DNA of 64,000 bases from Marsupella aquatica (lineage: Eukaryota; Plantae; Marchantiophyta), in contig OZ316898.1 in assembly GCA_973895155.1 (NCBI GenBank), positions 5,505,079 through 5,569,078 of the forward strand. Reading direction: 5' to 3'. Position numbers and translations under genes: made by a program. Shown piece after piece: positions 1 through 12,480 of the stretch. The notes under the pieces were generated by a model. That model was not told the origin of the DNA and made no database searches. It worked only from the letters and a program-made list of their open reading frames with translations. Positions within the stretch are counted from its first letter, which is position 1; each line of letters opens with the position of its first letter.

Positions 1-149
1 AACAGTAGGCAGTGGGCAGCTAGGTAGTGCTAATCAATGCTAATCGCATTGATTAGCCTTAATATTGCTTTTCATCCTTAATCATTTCACCTTCTATCTT
101 ATTCATGGAGAGAGTCAGGAAATTAATACTATGCATTCAGTGGGGAAAT

Positions 150-620
150 ATCTTGCTCAGCCCAAAGAAAGTTGATCAGCACCATCTTAGTTAATAGCAT
201 GTAGCTCAAGATCAGACCCACACCAGAGAGTAAGGGTGAACCAGAAACCCCATCAAATAATGGTTTACCACCAAGAACCTCTGAAGGATTGTGGTCTCAA
301 CCTAGCCTAGATCAGCTTATTTTCCAGTAACATCTTTAACAACTGCAGTATCTTGACAGTATCTATCCTTTCCGCCCCAAAGAGGAAGCCCAGAACCTTA
401 GAGTAGTTCCCCAGACCTTCCCAATGCCAACAAAGATCCAACAGCTCACTTGGTATCAGATTATTGCTCAGCAGAATTGCAGTGAGTCGCTTCCTCCCAA
501 TTGCACTCCAATCCCCATGCCGTTGCAAAAACCTCAAAAACTTCCTGACAGTTGTTGATATTCTCTCTCTCCCCCCTTAATATCAGAATAGAACTCCTGA
601 GCAAGATGCAACCAGCTTTA
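150..620 (-). mobile_element. Degenerate LINE (L1-like) reverse transcriptase C-terminal remnant
   Basis: Manual minus-strand translation across frameshifts gives NINNCQEVFEVFATAWGLECNWEEAT then KVLGFLFG...LLENKL, matching the LINE RT tail pattern (F...SGL..NW.K....YLG.P.G......KL..W). Many stops; boundaries approximate. Confidence 0.45.
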
Positions 621-2280
621 TGAAGTTGGCCTCCCTTATGAACCTCTCTTTAGTTTGACTTGAAGTTTGGGGAGTTTGATCATGCTAGAGCCAAAGTGTC
701 CAATGATGCTCTCAACCCCTTAATCTCAGTTGTTTGTCACAATGGATAAGCAAAATATATGCAATGATTGATCATCAATACCATCATTCACCTACAAATT
801 TCCAGATTATATCCCTTAAACATATGATCATCATAGGTTAAGATCACTAGTCTATGTGTCAATTTTGTGTTGGAAGTTCTTGCATGATATGACTTGGTTT
901 CTTTCACAAGTGATGCAGAGGATTTCTGATAATTAATATTAGTCAGGCGAAAAAGAAAGAACCTTACTAAAAAATGCTTTTGGTAAATCACATTGGACCT
1001 TTTTTCCTCTCATTCGCTGAGGGGGAAAAAAACCCTGGCAAGCACTCTTTGCATGGTAATATGGATATGGCATGCATGGCAGGGCGCAGGGTAGGTCACG
1101 GCAGGGTACGGGAAAGGCAAGGCAGGGTGACACTGTCACTTACAGTAGGTCTGGCGTAAGATTCGTCAGTGTGTAGATCCGTATCATCCCTGCGTAGATC
1201 GTGGCCGTTAGAGGCGGACTACTTTCTTGTACAACCGTACCTTTTCGAGTACAGATTCTACAGCAGGGTGGGGCCTGGCTTTCATACGGTATTAAAATAC
1301 TCTACAGTACGTGGGTATACGGTACCTGTTTACGAACATTCCCTTTACACCTTTACGAACACCCTTCAGTGTAATATGGTATGGTTTCTGGACACCCTCA
1401 CTCACATAGAGAGTATTGTGTTTTTCATCTTTTGGTGCTGTTGCCGGTTGACTCCTATTCATTTAGGCATAGATTATTTTTCATTAAAATTCACCGTATA
1501 TAGTATGGTTTACATACTGCCTGCATTATACAAAGGAGTATCCTCCAATTCTAAGGACTTGTGACCCTCCCTTGACAATTCAGTGTTTCATTCGGAAGCT
1601 TGACCTTCACCGTAAGCTAAGGGCACCTATTATTCGCTCATAATACTTAATTCACTGTGATTTTTCCCCTTGTGATTTCAAGGAGACTAATATACTGTCA
1701 AGTTTTTGTACTACTTATTCAAAAAATTCTTCAACAAATTTACTAAAATTAGTAAAAATTAAAATCTCTTAGGCCTTTAAAAATATGAAGGTCTTGTTTC
1801 CGATGCAATGTTTTCATAGTAGCCACTTAAAACTGGAGTAGAAGCTCTCGGTTTGTTTTGGGCATTATACCACATAAGGAGATGTAAACAGAACATTAGT
1901 ATATGTGTAGGTGCAGGGACATGGAGTGGTTGAATTGTTCAGAAATGCACAATGTCACGTGAGGAGTGGATGTAACTACCTTGGAAATCTGCACCACCTA
2001 GAATTTAGCAGCTTCTGCCCAACATGACCATTTCTATGGTTCTGCACAAATGATGAAGTGCCGACTTTTTTACTCGGTACTGTCGTCAGGTTGTAGTTGT
2101 CTACTCGTTCCCACACTGACTGTCTCGTGTGTTTTGTCAGATCGCCCACCTCAATGTGTTCGTCCCCATCCAGTTGAAGGGCTGCCGGAGACTGCCCCAG
2201 CGTCATTTACATGACGTCAACTGGAAGGGCTGGCGAAACAGCGGCGATTGGAGAGGACATCATCACTCTATTATAAGTAT

Positions 2281-2430
2281 TGTAACTTTAGTGAAGATGT
2301 GCAACAGGACGAGATGCAGGATTGGGATACGGAATTTAAGAAACTTTTCATGTTATGAGTGTTGTAACTTGAGTGAAGAATGTGCAACAGGACGAGATGC
2401 AGGACTGAGATACGGAATTTTAAGAAACGT
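2281..2430. repeat. Local direct duplication of a ~65-bp segment
   Basis: tgtaactt.agtgaaga.tgtgcaacaggacgagatgcagga.tg.gatacggaattt occurs at ~2281 and ~2363. Confidence 0.8.
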
Positions 2431-5400
2431 TTGACATTGTAATGACACGTTGATAGTTCGTTCGCAACATTGGCAGTTGAAAGTGTGCAACATATGGTCT
2501 AAAGTAGCTCCCGATCCTCTGAGTTGAGAGCCTCTCGAGAAGGATTCCCGTGCACAGTAAGTTTGGCTAATGGGTAATAGCAGCGTAGCTTGGATATTTT
2601 TTAGTGAATGGTGTAAATCTGCTGAAACCGTAGTTCATTATTAAACTAAAATCTTTGGGTTTCTCTGCACTACAAGCATGATAGCTGATTTTCTGTCTTC
2701 TTAGAGGGGTGAATGTTTACAGAGAATGCTGGTTCGTTCCCTGGAGCCAATTCTGCATCTCGCTGTGGTTTCATCGGTAAGCACATTCTTAGGTTTAATT
2801 GCTTAGCATCGAGCTTGGGCATGACCTGTGTGTCGGTATCTCCATTCTGACTTTGTGCCCGGTCTTTGCTGAAGTTGGCTGTAATCATGCTCCAAATCGA
2901 GAATTCGTGAAAAGGGGGGTGAGTCGTTTCACCAGCCCCCGAACAGCGCTGAACATGCATCAGGGTGGGAATGAGGAATCCAGCAATAAACAGATTGGAC
3001 TCCCTGCGATTCACTAGAGCCCTTTACAGAGTAATTTTGGGATGGATTTCGCGATGCTTGAAAAATTGGGAATTCATTGCCAGTAGTTGAACCTTAGTTA
3101 GCAAGCTCTTGTTTTAAACCCTCACTGACAACAAAACCTTCTATAGCCACAGTAGAACAAATTTTATATATAATCAAGCCAGGTCATATCCGCGACGAAA
3201 ATCTGCATCAGACCCAGTCTTAAGGACAAACTCGGAATGAGATTTGGATCACTGCAAGAAGGTTTCTTCCAAGGAGAGACTCATCGATCCGAAGACATTT
3301 GGGCTGATGACAACTTACTGAACAGCGGACTCTTACTGTAGTCCACATTGGGATATACTCCATCGTTTGAATGAGCATCTCCACCTGTATTAACCGTAAT
3401 CTACTACGAATATCTGAAATGGACCAAAATCTCATGCCTTTATGATAGATTTTGAAGACCGTTTACTGGAATTAAATTCTGGTACTAAAACTCCAGTGAA
3501 GCGATTGTGTAAAGCGAGTAATGACTTCCCTGCCTTAGCAATGACGCTCAAACCAGATTGTGAGCGAAAGCAGTTTACACAACCTCAGGGGCTTTATCCC
3601 ATTCATCTGTGGTTGCCAATAATTTTGGATCAAAGGTCACAGCATGGATATATCTGTGAAACCATGAACTCAACATTTTTTATCGTACCACAAATCAACC
3701 CTGCATTTCGTATACTAAAAGCTCGATCGATAAACATTGAGATCCCTAAGCCACCAGTTCCTTTGCAAAAGCTTCGATCTGGATGTTGCATTCTTGGGCA
3801 GAAACAATACTGAAATCTGCTCGCTGTCCCTAAATCACTATCAATCAATCTCTAAGAGTAGTGCCGAACCCTTTGGATTGTGGTTTCATGCTCGAGACTT
3901 CTTCCCCTTTTTCTAGAGATTCAACTTGAACGTTGTTCCTGTGTTTCACGTGGATGTGTACAGTAGCAAAGCATGAATTGCTCGGACAAATGTCGGCATA
4001 GCTAGCATCCAAGTAGCTGACAGTACGGTGGGAAACCGACCTCGATTTAACTTCTACTTTATTTCAGTACCACTGTCTATGTTCTCCGTTTCCCATTTTG
4101 TTCTTTGTTCGCCCCTACACTATTTGGAACAGCTCCTCGGTTCCTCCTGAACCCGGACATAGTGTAGATTGCCGAGTACTTTTGATTGACGTGCGGGGCT
4201 AATGTTACTTATTCCTGCTGGGATCATAAGAAAACACTTGGGTCCCCTACTACTTGCAAAACTAATAAACCTCTTCCTCACAAAATTGAGATGCTCAAGT
4301 GAAGCCAGTCACATTGTTTTCCCAAAAGATGCTGCCAGAGTAAGAGGCTTCAGTTGAGGAATCAGTCAGTTCTTCATTCTTGAACACCGTCAGGGGGATT
4401 GTAAAATCAGCCCCGTTAATGGTCTTCTGTTTCTCTGCAAAGCGCGTCCTGATGGCATGAGTAACTATCTTTCGTCTGTGGGTAAAGCGGAGGACATGCC
4501 CGAGTGTTTGGTTAAACCGTGGACAGGAGACCGAGGGGCAAAGTAGTGTTCTTTGTTCTCCGTCATTTTGTCTCTCCTACGCATCCAGATTACAGTAAAC
4601 GTCTATCCTCATGTACTGACAGCCAGGGACATGACCATGCTCTGGTGCTGATCAACATAGTACTTTCATCATTTGAGTTACTTACAAATTCTTTTCGCTC
4701 TTCTCTCGGATGGAGCACATAAATTCTATTTGCCTCGTTCAGTAAAGAATGTCTCGTGAGCATTTTCTTTTCAGCAGAGTGTTTAAAGCAATTGACAAGT
4801 AACCCCAGAAGAATGCCTTTTACTTATTTCCCTTCACAACCACGATTTCTCTGTGGCTTCGGTCCAAACAGGCTCCAAATTTATAACCTAGGAAGTTCCT
4901 GCAGTACCTTGCGCATGTCCATATATGACCGTTCATGAGGGCATCACCATGTCACTGCGTTAGTCTAGCTCTCCTATCCCTGGCTATATATCCAGTCTGC
5001 GCAGGGGATAAGTGGCATTCTCATCCTTTTAGTTTGAAGTACTTGGTGTCATTTCAATGCGGAAGACGAGCAAACAATTGGTTGGCATTCAGACTAGATA
5101 AGCTGCCAAGGTCCAAATCGCCTTGGTATAATGAGCTTTAGTGCGGAACTGGATATTTCAACATGCCATTCGGTTTGTGGAAATTCAATCGGGACATGTC
5201 CATGAAACTTCAATTGTGAAAGGCGTTATCTCTGTTTCGAAAATAAGTTGGCGATAAATAGCGTGTATACTGGATTGGATCAAGTCGAGCTATTTTAATA
5301 AAGCCATGCCGCGTTTCTGTTCCCCCCTCATGAAAGACTTCCTAACGACACAGAAGCTTTCTGAGCCATCTTATGACACCACGAGATGTGATTACTTTGA

Positions 5401-8400
5401 AGTCTTTCAAATTAGAGTTAGCATAGATTGTTGGCATAATTGCAAACAGAGAGGATTTCCAGAGAATCACAAGAAAGTAGTCATAAATGGAGAATAGACA
5501 AGCAAATTTCTACCATCTCATTACATTTGAACTGTTTAATTTCGATCAACTGAATTGCCCATAAATTGCGTTGTAAACAATTTACGAAACACCGAGAAGA
5601 TTTCCACCATCTCATGAACACCACGGGAGCTGTTTACATTTATCACCCTGAACGTAGACACTAGTTTCAAACGAGCTCAGGTGGCATGGAAAGTTGCTTT
5701 CAACGAGTTATTAAGATTGCCCTAGAATTGACACCAGTAGTTGTGATAGTCTTGAGTTCTCAGGATTGGAGCTGTGAGAGTTTTCTGAGAAAGCCTGAAG
5801 GAGGCATGAATGTCGGGCACCATGAACTCTGGCAAAGAAGGCCTGTACACATTTCTAAACATTCGAGAATAACTTAAAAATGAAAGCCCGACATTCGATG
5901 GCTCCCTTCCCATAGTTTCTTGAGGATCACTTTCCTGAGTGTGGTAGATCTCGTAGCCAGACTATCCGAAAAACCTGCCCTTGTTCACATATGTGGGCTG
6001 CCATAACTTTTTCTCTCTCTAAACAGAGTGCCATTGTTGGTGCTCCTGAGTGTAAATGATCTGTTTGATTCCTCTTGTATCCAGGTGAACTGCTGCACGA
6101 ATGTGTGTTGGTAAACGTGAAGAATTGAATTCCTGCGCAACGAAGTTTGGACCATTTTTCATTCACGGATTCAGCTGCCAACAATCTGGGTTCTACTCTT
6201 AAAAGGGGAATGAACCACCGATGGACTGGCCGAAGATTAAAGGGGCCATAAAGGGATCTTCCAGGATTAAACCTTTCGGATGTTGAGACCCTCAAAATAA
6301 AACGGAGTATCCAATCATTCACGAATCATACTCACTGAATCATACACAGTCTGCAGCTGCTTTAAGACTCCCGGTAGATATTCGAAGATTGGGATCATGT
6401 GTAATGGTTGCTAAGTTCCCTGAGATGGAGTTTGTTGAGTTGTTGGATCAAAATCCTCGGTCTCAAATCAAATCAAGCCGAACTTCAGTAGGGTCTATTC
6501 AAGTCATGTAAACGGAAATGATAATGACCATCCTACCGCTGGCATTGAGTCCTCAATCCGAGCTCAATGTTTGAGTGGAATGTCACAAGGACTATAAAAA
6601 GGGCCACATGATATAAACCATTTATGCTCTTTCGTGGTGGATGTCATCCAACTATCTCATTATACCATGGATGGAAGACAAGAATGCTTTAAGCACTTGA
6701 TTGGGGAATAGTGGTCTATAAGCTCAGCTGGTCCCAGGGGACTGTGACTTGGAGCCAGCAAGTCCCTGATTCAAGGCCCCTCCTTCACTGGGTGGATGTG
6801 TTGGGCCAAGTACCTTACAACTCTCCTCCTGATACCAGAATTCTGAGAGGTTCTGAGGCTCGCTGGTGCAAGAGTTTGCCGATGTGCAACCCTTGGCCTG
6901 TATTGTATGCTAGTAAAGAGACTTGCTTGAATACTAAAGTGCATAGCTCCCCCTACCCAGACTCCACATGTGCGGCGTCTAAATACAATATAAAATAAAC
7001 TAATTTACCAGAGAAGTTACGACACAAACTTACTCATGCCTGTGCCTACTAAAAGTCTTGGAAATTATCAAGTTGTGCCCTATTGTTTCACTCTATAGAT
7101 ATTGTTTCACTCTATAGAGTAAGTCATGAATGGAAGAATTTGATCCCAAATAATAGTGTAGATAGATATCTCAAGAGAAAAACTCAAACTTGTTGTGTAG
7201 CGTTGCAATCTAAGTGATAGTAAGTTTGTAATTGAGAAAAGTGGACAGAGACACAAATGGAAACACTACGACTGTTTCCTTGTTCCTTGTTGGGGGAGGT
7301 CTTTGCTGGTGTACCCAATGTCAATGCCTACAGTGTTGCATGACAATTATGTACTGTACGATATACAAGTTTTTGTGGTTGTAAAGTGTTCCTACTACCA
7401 GCAAAGCAAAGAATGAAAATCTAGTCACAAGCTGGGGCACAGTCATCCATACGGATGCACAAGGCATTCACTCCATCATTTGCACACATATAGAAATAAA
7501 TATAGGCAGCCCTCCCAAAGAATAAAAGTTGGAGACAATATCTAGAAGGCAAGAAACCCAATAAGAGGGGAAACCCAAGTAAAGAACCAGGAAGGCCAAA
7601 AAATAACACAGCCCAGGAGACCAAACATATCTATCTATCTGTCATATATCCTCTTTTCTAGGGGGGATGATCATATCATTAATGGTCCACCCAAAACCTT
7701 TTGTTCAGATCCGGTTCTCGGATTCTTTAATTTACATGTCTCTATAAAAACTTGTATTTTTAACTAAGTTGACATGGATTTAGAGTAAATATAAAGTGGA
7801 ACTGAATTTAATGCAGTGAGCATTTTGGATGTTCGTGATTCATCTGAGCCTAAAAGTTTGGAGAAGATCCCATTCTAGCTTATGACTAGAAGCAAACATG
7901 GAATTTCCTTAAAGCATTGAAACAGGAAACCAAGAGCCCTGAGGGCACACCAAAAGCATTACATGAAAGCACATTATGCAATTAGGTAGCTATCTCTAAA
8001 TAAAGAAATCCCTAGCAGTGAAGCAGGGTGGGAATCCCACTTTGAGCTGAAATTTGCCACTGTTTTGGGTGTTATTACCCCAGTTTCCCACCAAACCACA
8101 GAGTTCTCTATTCCCCATCTGAAAGTTCCCCTTAAATCTAATGAGATCTAATGATCAGGAATAACTCCAGGAAATTGATGGATGAAAAATCCTTAGTATC
8201 TACTACTTGACACAAGATGCTACTCCCCTAATTTAGAAAATCCTTAAAGATTACCCGAGAGATTACCCTCCACTTGGGTACTAAGCTTAGTAAGTAAGAG
8301 CATTTGCAATGGTGACCTGCATAGTCCCCCCTTCCCTCCCCCCCATTCCATAGGGCTGCTCCCTGGGCTTTTAGCAACCCAAATTTTAGGCACTGCTTCT

Positions 8401-11149
8401 CAAACCTGGAAAAGGAATTACGTTGCATACTAAAGTATTCTTCTAAGCATCTTGATGTAAAGAGTGATGTGTGAGATTGTAAATGAAATATAGATAAATC
8501 ATTTATGGAGGTGAAAGTATTACGTTTGAGGGGCGTCAACCTAATAGAGTAATAGGCCTTAGGGAGGTGTCGGATAACCTAGCCGGAGACCTGAGTGGAT
8601 ACCCCAATGATTGAAATGACCTGGGAAAGTGATCCATATCATGTTGAATTGTTCTTTAGGAGATCGGTAACAAAATACTACTGACAGCAGGTCATTAACT
8701 AATCTCTATTCATTGGTCACAATATACTTCAGCAGCTTCTTAACCAATTTCTGGACGATTCAAAAAGGAAAAAAACCTAGAATGGAATAAGAAATCGGTA
8801 ATAAACCTCTCTTTGCAGATTATTGTAGCAAAACGTTTTAGGCTGGAGATGTGACTGAGGCAATACAGTTTCTCTGGGTTTTCGGTGTCAACGAACCCTC
8901 ATTTCGGAGGAGATCGATAACAAAAGCTCTCTGGTAGATGGTGGCAAAACTTTCCACGAGAATATGGATCCTAAAACGTTAAAAGTGAACTGATAAGTCA
9001 CGTGGTTCAGACTGATGTCGCAGGGTTCTTCGAGGTTTTCATCACAGTGTATTTCCACACAATAAATGGGTACAGTAATCTAACCTTCTCGGGCACTGCG
9101 AAGTGCAAAGCTAGCAGAGCAAGGCCAGAAGTCGAGGATGATCAAGATAAACTCAGCAGAACAGTGGCGTGGGTACAGGCTGTCTACCGTAAATCTCGAC
9201 CAAGGTCCGATGATTCGATCAGCCCATCAGTCTTCCTGTATTTTCTTCCCCACCACCCTGGCGATCGATGGAGGCAGCGACGCAGATAGGCGTTTTGTCC
9301 ATCTCCTCCGTTGCTATGATATTAATAATAAATTGTCATACAAGCTGTATCGATCCGATCCACTTGCCAATCTACTGTACTGTTTAAATGTCTGTGCCTG
9401 ATGATCGAGGTTCGACCACTGAATGTTACAATTTCTTCCGAATGTTTAATTTGATTTCGTCCTTTCTGTTCACCCTTGAAAGAAATCCTTCCTGTCCTTT
9501 CTGCTCACCCTTCACCCTTCGACAATCCGGCGAACAACGAAGGGAGTGTTTACGAGATAGTTCTCCCTTCAATCTTTGTGCGCCGGACAGTGGGGTCTTT
9601 GTGCGCCGGACAGTGGGGTCCGCAGTTGTCAATTGATTGGGAATTCGTGTCCATGCATGCACAGTCCATTGTTTAGTGTCCGTGAGGAATGGGAAGGAAT
9701 AAAAGGCTCGTCCAGTTGGGAACAGGATCACTTGCCAGCTATTTGTTGTGTACAGATACTTCACGTCCAGTTTCTCGCTGAAATGCTTTTGTCGACCAAA
9801 CAAAGCAAAACATTTCGTCGTGGCATCAATCAATTTGTATAGAGTAGTCAACAAGTTAGCTGAATTTGCTTTTGCAAGTCTGAAGGGGCACTTTCAACCG
9901 TACTCCTCGATCATCTGATAATAATCAAAGTGCTCTCACAACTGAATACTACGGTATCCCCTTGATCGCTTCAAAAATTGTGCAATTTGTACAAGTGTCA
10001 ACTTCTTGCCAAAGAATTGCACAATGACGCAAATTTTATTCTTGCTTGGAAACCGATTTTGAATTGCACTCAGAACGACAGGATATACATTGGTGACAAG
10101 CTTTGGCTTCAATTCACCAGCTTGAAAACCCCACTGGTCCCATGTCCTTCCTTAGTCACAAGTACTAAGATTTACCATATAAATTATCGCCTATGCATGG
10201 CTTCACTCTACCAAGTAAGTAAATTCTCGCCCATGGCTTCACTCTACCAAGTTTGTGTATATGGCCTATGGCTTAGATAGATGCAGGATTCTTACTTTGA
10301 ATTTAGATTGCCAAAATCTAAACATTATAATATGCAACCTCGCTCTTTCCTTTGGTCTGCTTATGAAATGCTATTTTGTGGCAAGCCTCTCCATGTTGGA
10401 TTTTGGTGACATTCTTTCTTCTGAAGGTGTCATTGTGCACCTTTTCCACACCCAATAAGTCACTTTGACTCCCCACAACTTGAACACAGGGAATTGAGCT
10501 GTCAGGCCGACTCGCTAACGCATTGTAATGTCCTACTGCCGGACCATGCATCGCACTTAATATGCATGACAATACTTCTCCTCAACGTTACTTATTATCA
10601 ACAATAGTGTGCAAATGCACGAGTATTGAAGTATTATAGCATAGATAGCAAATCGGATAGAATGATGCGCAATTCTTACTTCAAATGTGTTGAGTCTCAC
10701 TTCAAACATGGCACTTCAAATTGACAAGGACAGCAATCTCTAAAGGGATACAGAGGACTGTAGTGAGAGTGTTAGAACTGGTCATGTGAGAAACAGGAGA
10801 GTCTGTACTTGCAAATCTTTAGACGGGGTATGGTGGCCACAGTGTCCTTCACATGGACCCACGGAGGCTTCCAGACAAGACTCCACAAAAGTAAGCTAGC
10901 CGTCGTCATTCCGTGGAACGATCGAAGTTCTTTGCTGTACGTTGCTATCGTCACGTGCGAGTACGTAAGTTGCGTGACGTAGCAAGGAGGCAGATGGAGC
11001 GGTGGGAGGGCCCAAGTCCAATCCAGAGCATAATTCTAAGGTAGTTGAGAATCAAAACTTAGTCGAATGCAAATCCCTTGATGATCAATGTATTGTCCAC
11101 AAAGAATTTGGATAAGCACTGTCTTTCCTGTAAGACGACATGTACAGTA

Positions 11150-11305
11150 TGTAAACTCGCTTTGATCAAGATGAGCGCGAGTTCAGCATCTACGTGTATG
11201 TATACGTAAATTCCCTTCGATCAAGCTGAGGTTGAGTTCAGCGACGACGGGGTGTATGTAAACTCCAATTGTTTAATTTAAGATGAGGGTGAGTTCAGCG
11301 CGTGT
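11150..11305. repeat. 3 diverged tandem copies of a ~55-60-bp unit
   Basis: Recurring gtaaact...tcaag.tgag...gagttcagc...gtgtat motif. Confidence 0.6.
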
Positions 11306-11744
11306 TTCGCTGGGCACTGCCCTGATGAGCCCTTTAAATATACAGAACCGAACAGGAGGTTCATTTATCGAAGAAGCAGACAGACGACCGAGATGAAACT
11401 ACTGTAACACATCAGCGGAAAAACGTTTCTTGTCGCAGTACCTCCAGACGACCCTTTGTCCACTTGAAGACTCAAGTGACCGTCGAAGCATGCATGACAG
11501 GCTGGTGTTTTTAGTACAGCTCGAAGCTCCGGAGCATCAAAGGAGACGTAACTGGACTCTTACACATTCATGTGGAAAGGGTCGAGTTTATGTAAGAGTG
11601 CATGCAGGATGTGTTTTTCTTTTGGTCCTGGAATTCCCGAAAATTCCAGGACGTCTCTTGTGGGGGCCCTCCCTAGATTGTTCCAACCAAATCCCTTTTG
11701 TGGTGGGCTTCGGGTTCCAGCTAAGGAAGCTGGGTAAGTTACAA

Positions 11745-12480
11745 CACGACAAACTTCCTAGCGAGGACTTACCTGTAATTAAATGAGCTGAAACTAGACT
11801 CACCTACAGTTTGAATAAGATAATGGAGAAATTTTGTACAATAGTGGAAACCTAAAATGATTGATCCATTATCCCGAGGTTAGTTATGCTATCTTATTGC
11901 CCATATTCAAAGCGGGTCCTACGAAATTCTAAGAATAGGAAGCCGTTTGAATACAGCAAGACAAAGTCCTCAGCTACGATTCGTCCTACACTTCTTGAAT
12001 GAGCTGAAAGTAGATAGACCCACATCGATCGGATAATGGAAATCTTTGTAGAATAACGAGCAATCATGTTACTCAAATTAAGTCGTTTTCCCTTGGTTAC
12101 TTCCATTGATATCTTTCCCACATTCAAGTGAGTTCTAGGAATTGTTAAGAGTACTGTAGGAAGCTGTTTAAGTAGAGTAAGACAAAGTCCCTAGCTAAGA
12201 CTCGCCAACACTTGATTGGGCTGAAACTAAAATCACGTGATGTCATGATTTTATCGGATAATAGAAATCTTTCTACAATGATGGAAACCTCCTAAAGCGC
12301 AATTACATTATTTAATTTTTTGAGTCGTTTTTCATTTCCCGTCGTTACCTTGTCTTGCGTTATTAATGGGCAGCGGACACAAAGTCCCTACAGTAGCGAG
12401 GACTCTCCTACATTTCAATCGGCTGAAACCAGAAGCACGTGATGCCCTGCTCCGATCGGATAATGGAAACCTTTAACCGA
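11745..12480. repeat. Old tandem array, 4 copies of a ~200-220-bp unit
   Basis: Each unit has acaaa(g/c)t.cct...gctgaaa...gataat(g/a)ga; starts near 11745, 11958, 12178, 12378. Confidence 0.65.

Noticed and set aside
1169-1564. 131-aa plus-strand ORF
   Set aside because: Non-ATG start, no recognisable motif, composition not gene-like.
5686-5877. PVVVIVLSS...ESFLRK resembling a TIR domain strand
   Set aside because: Too short; no flanking TIR motifs in any frame I checked.
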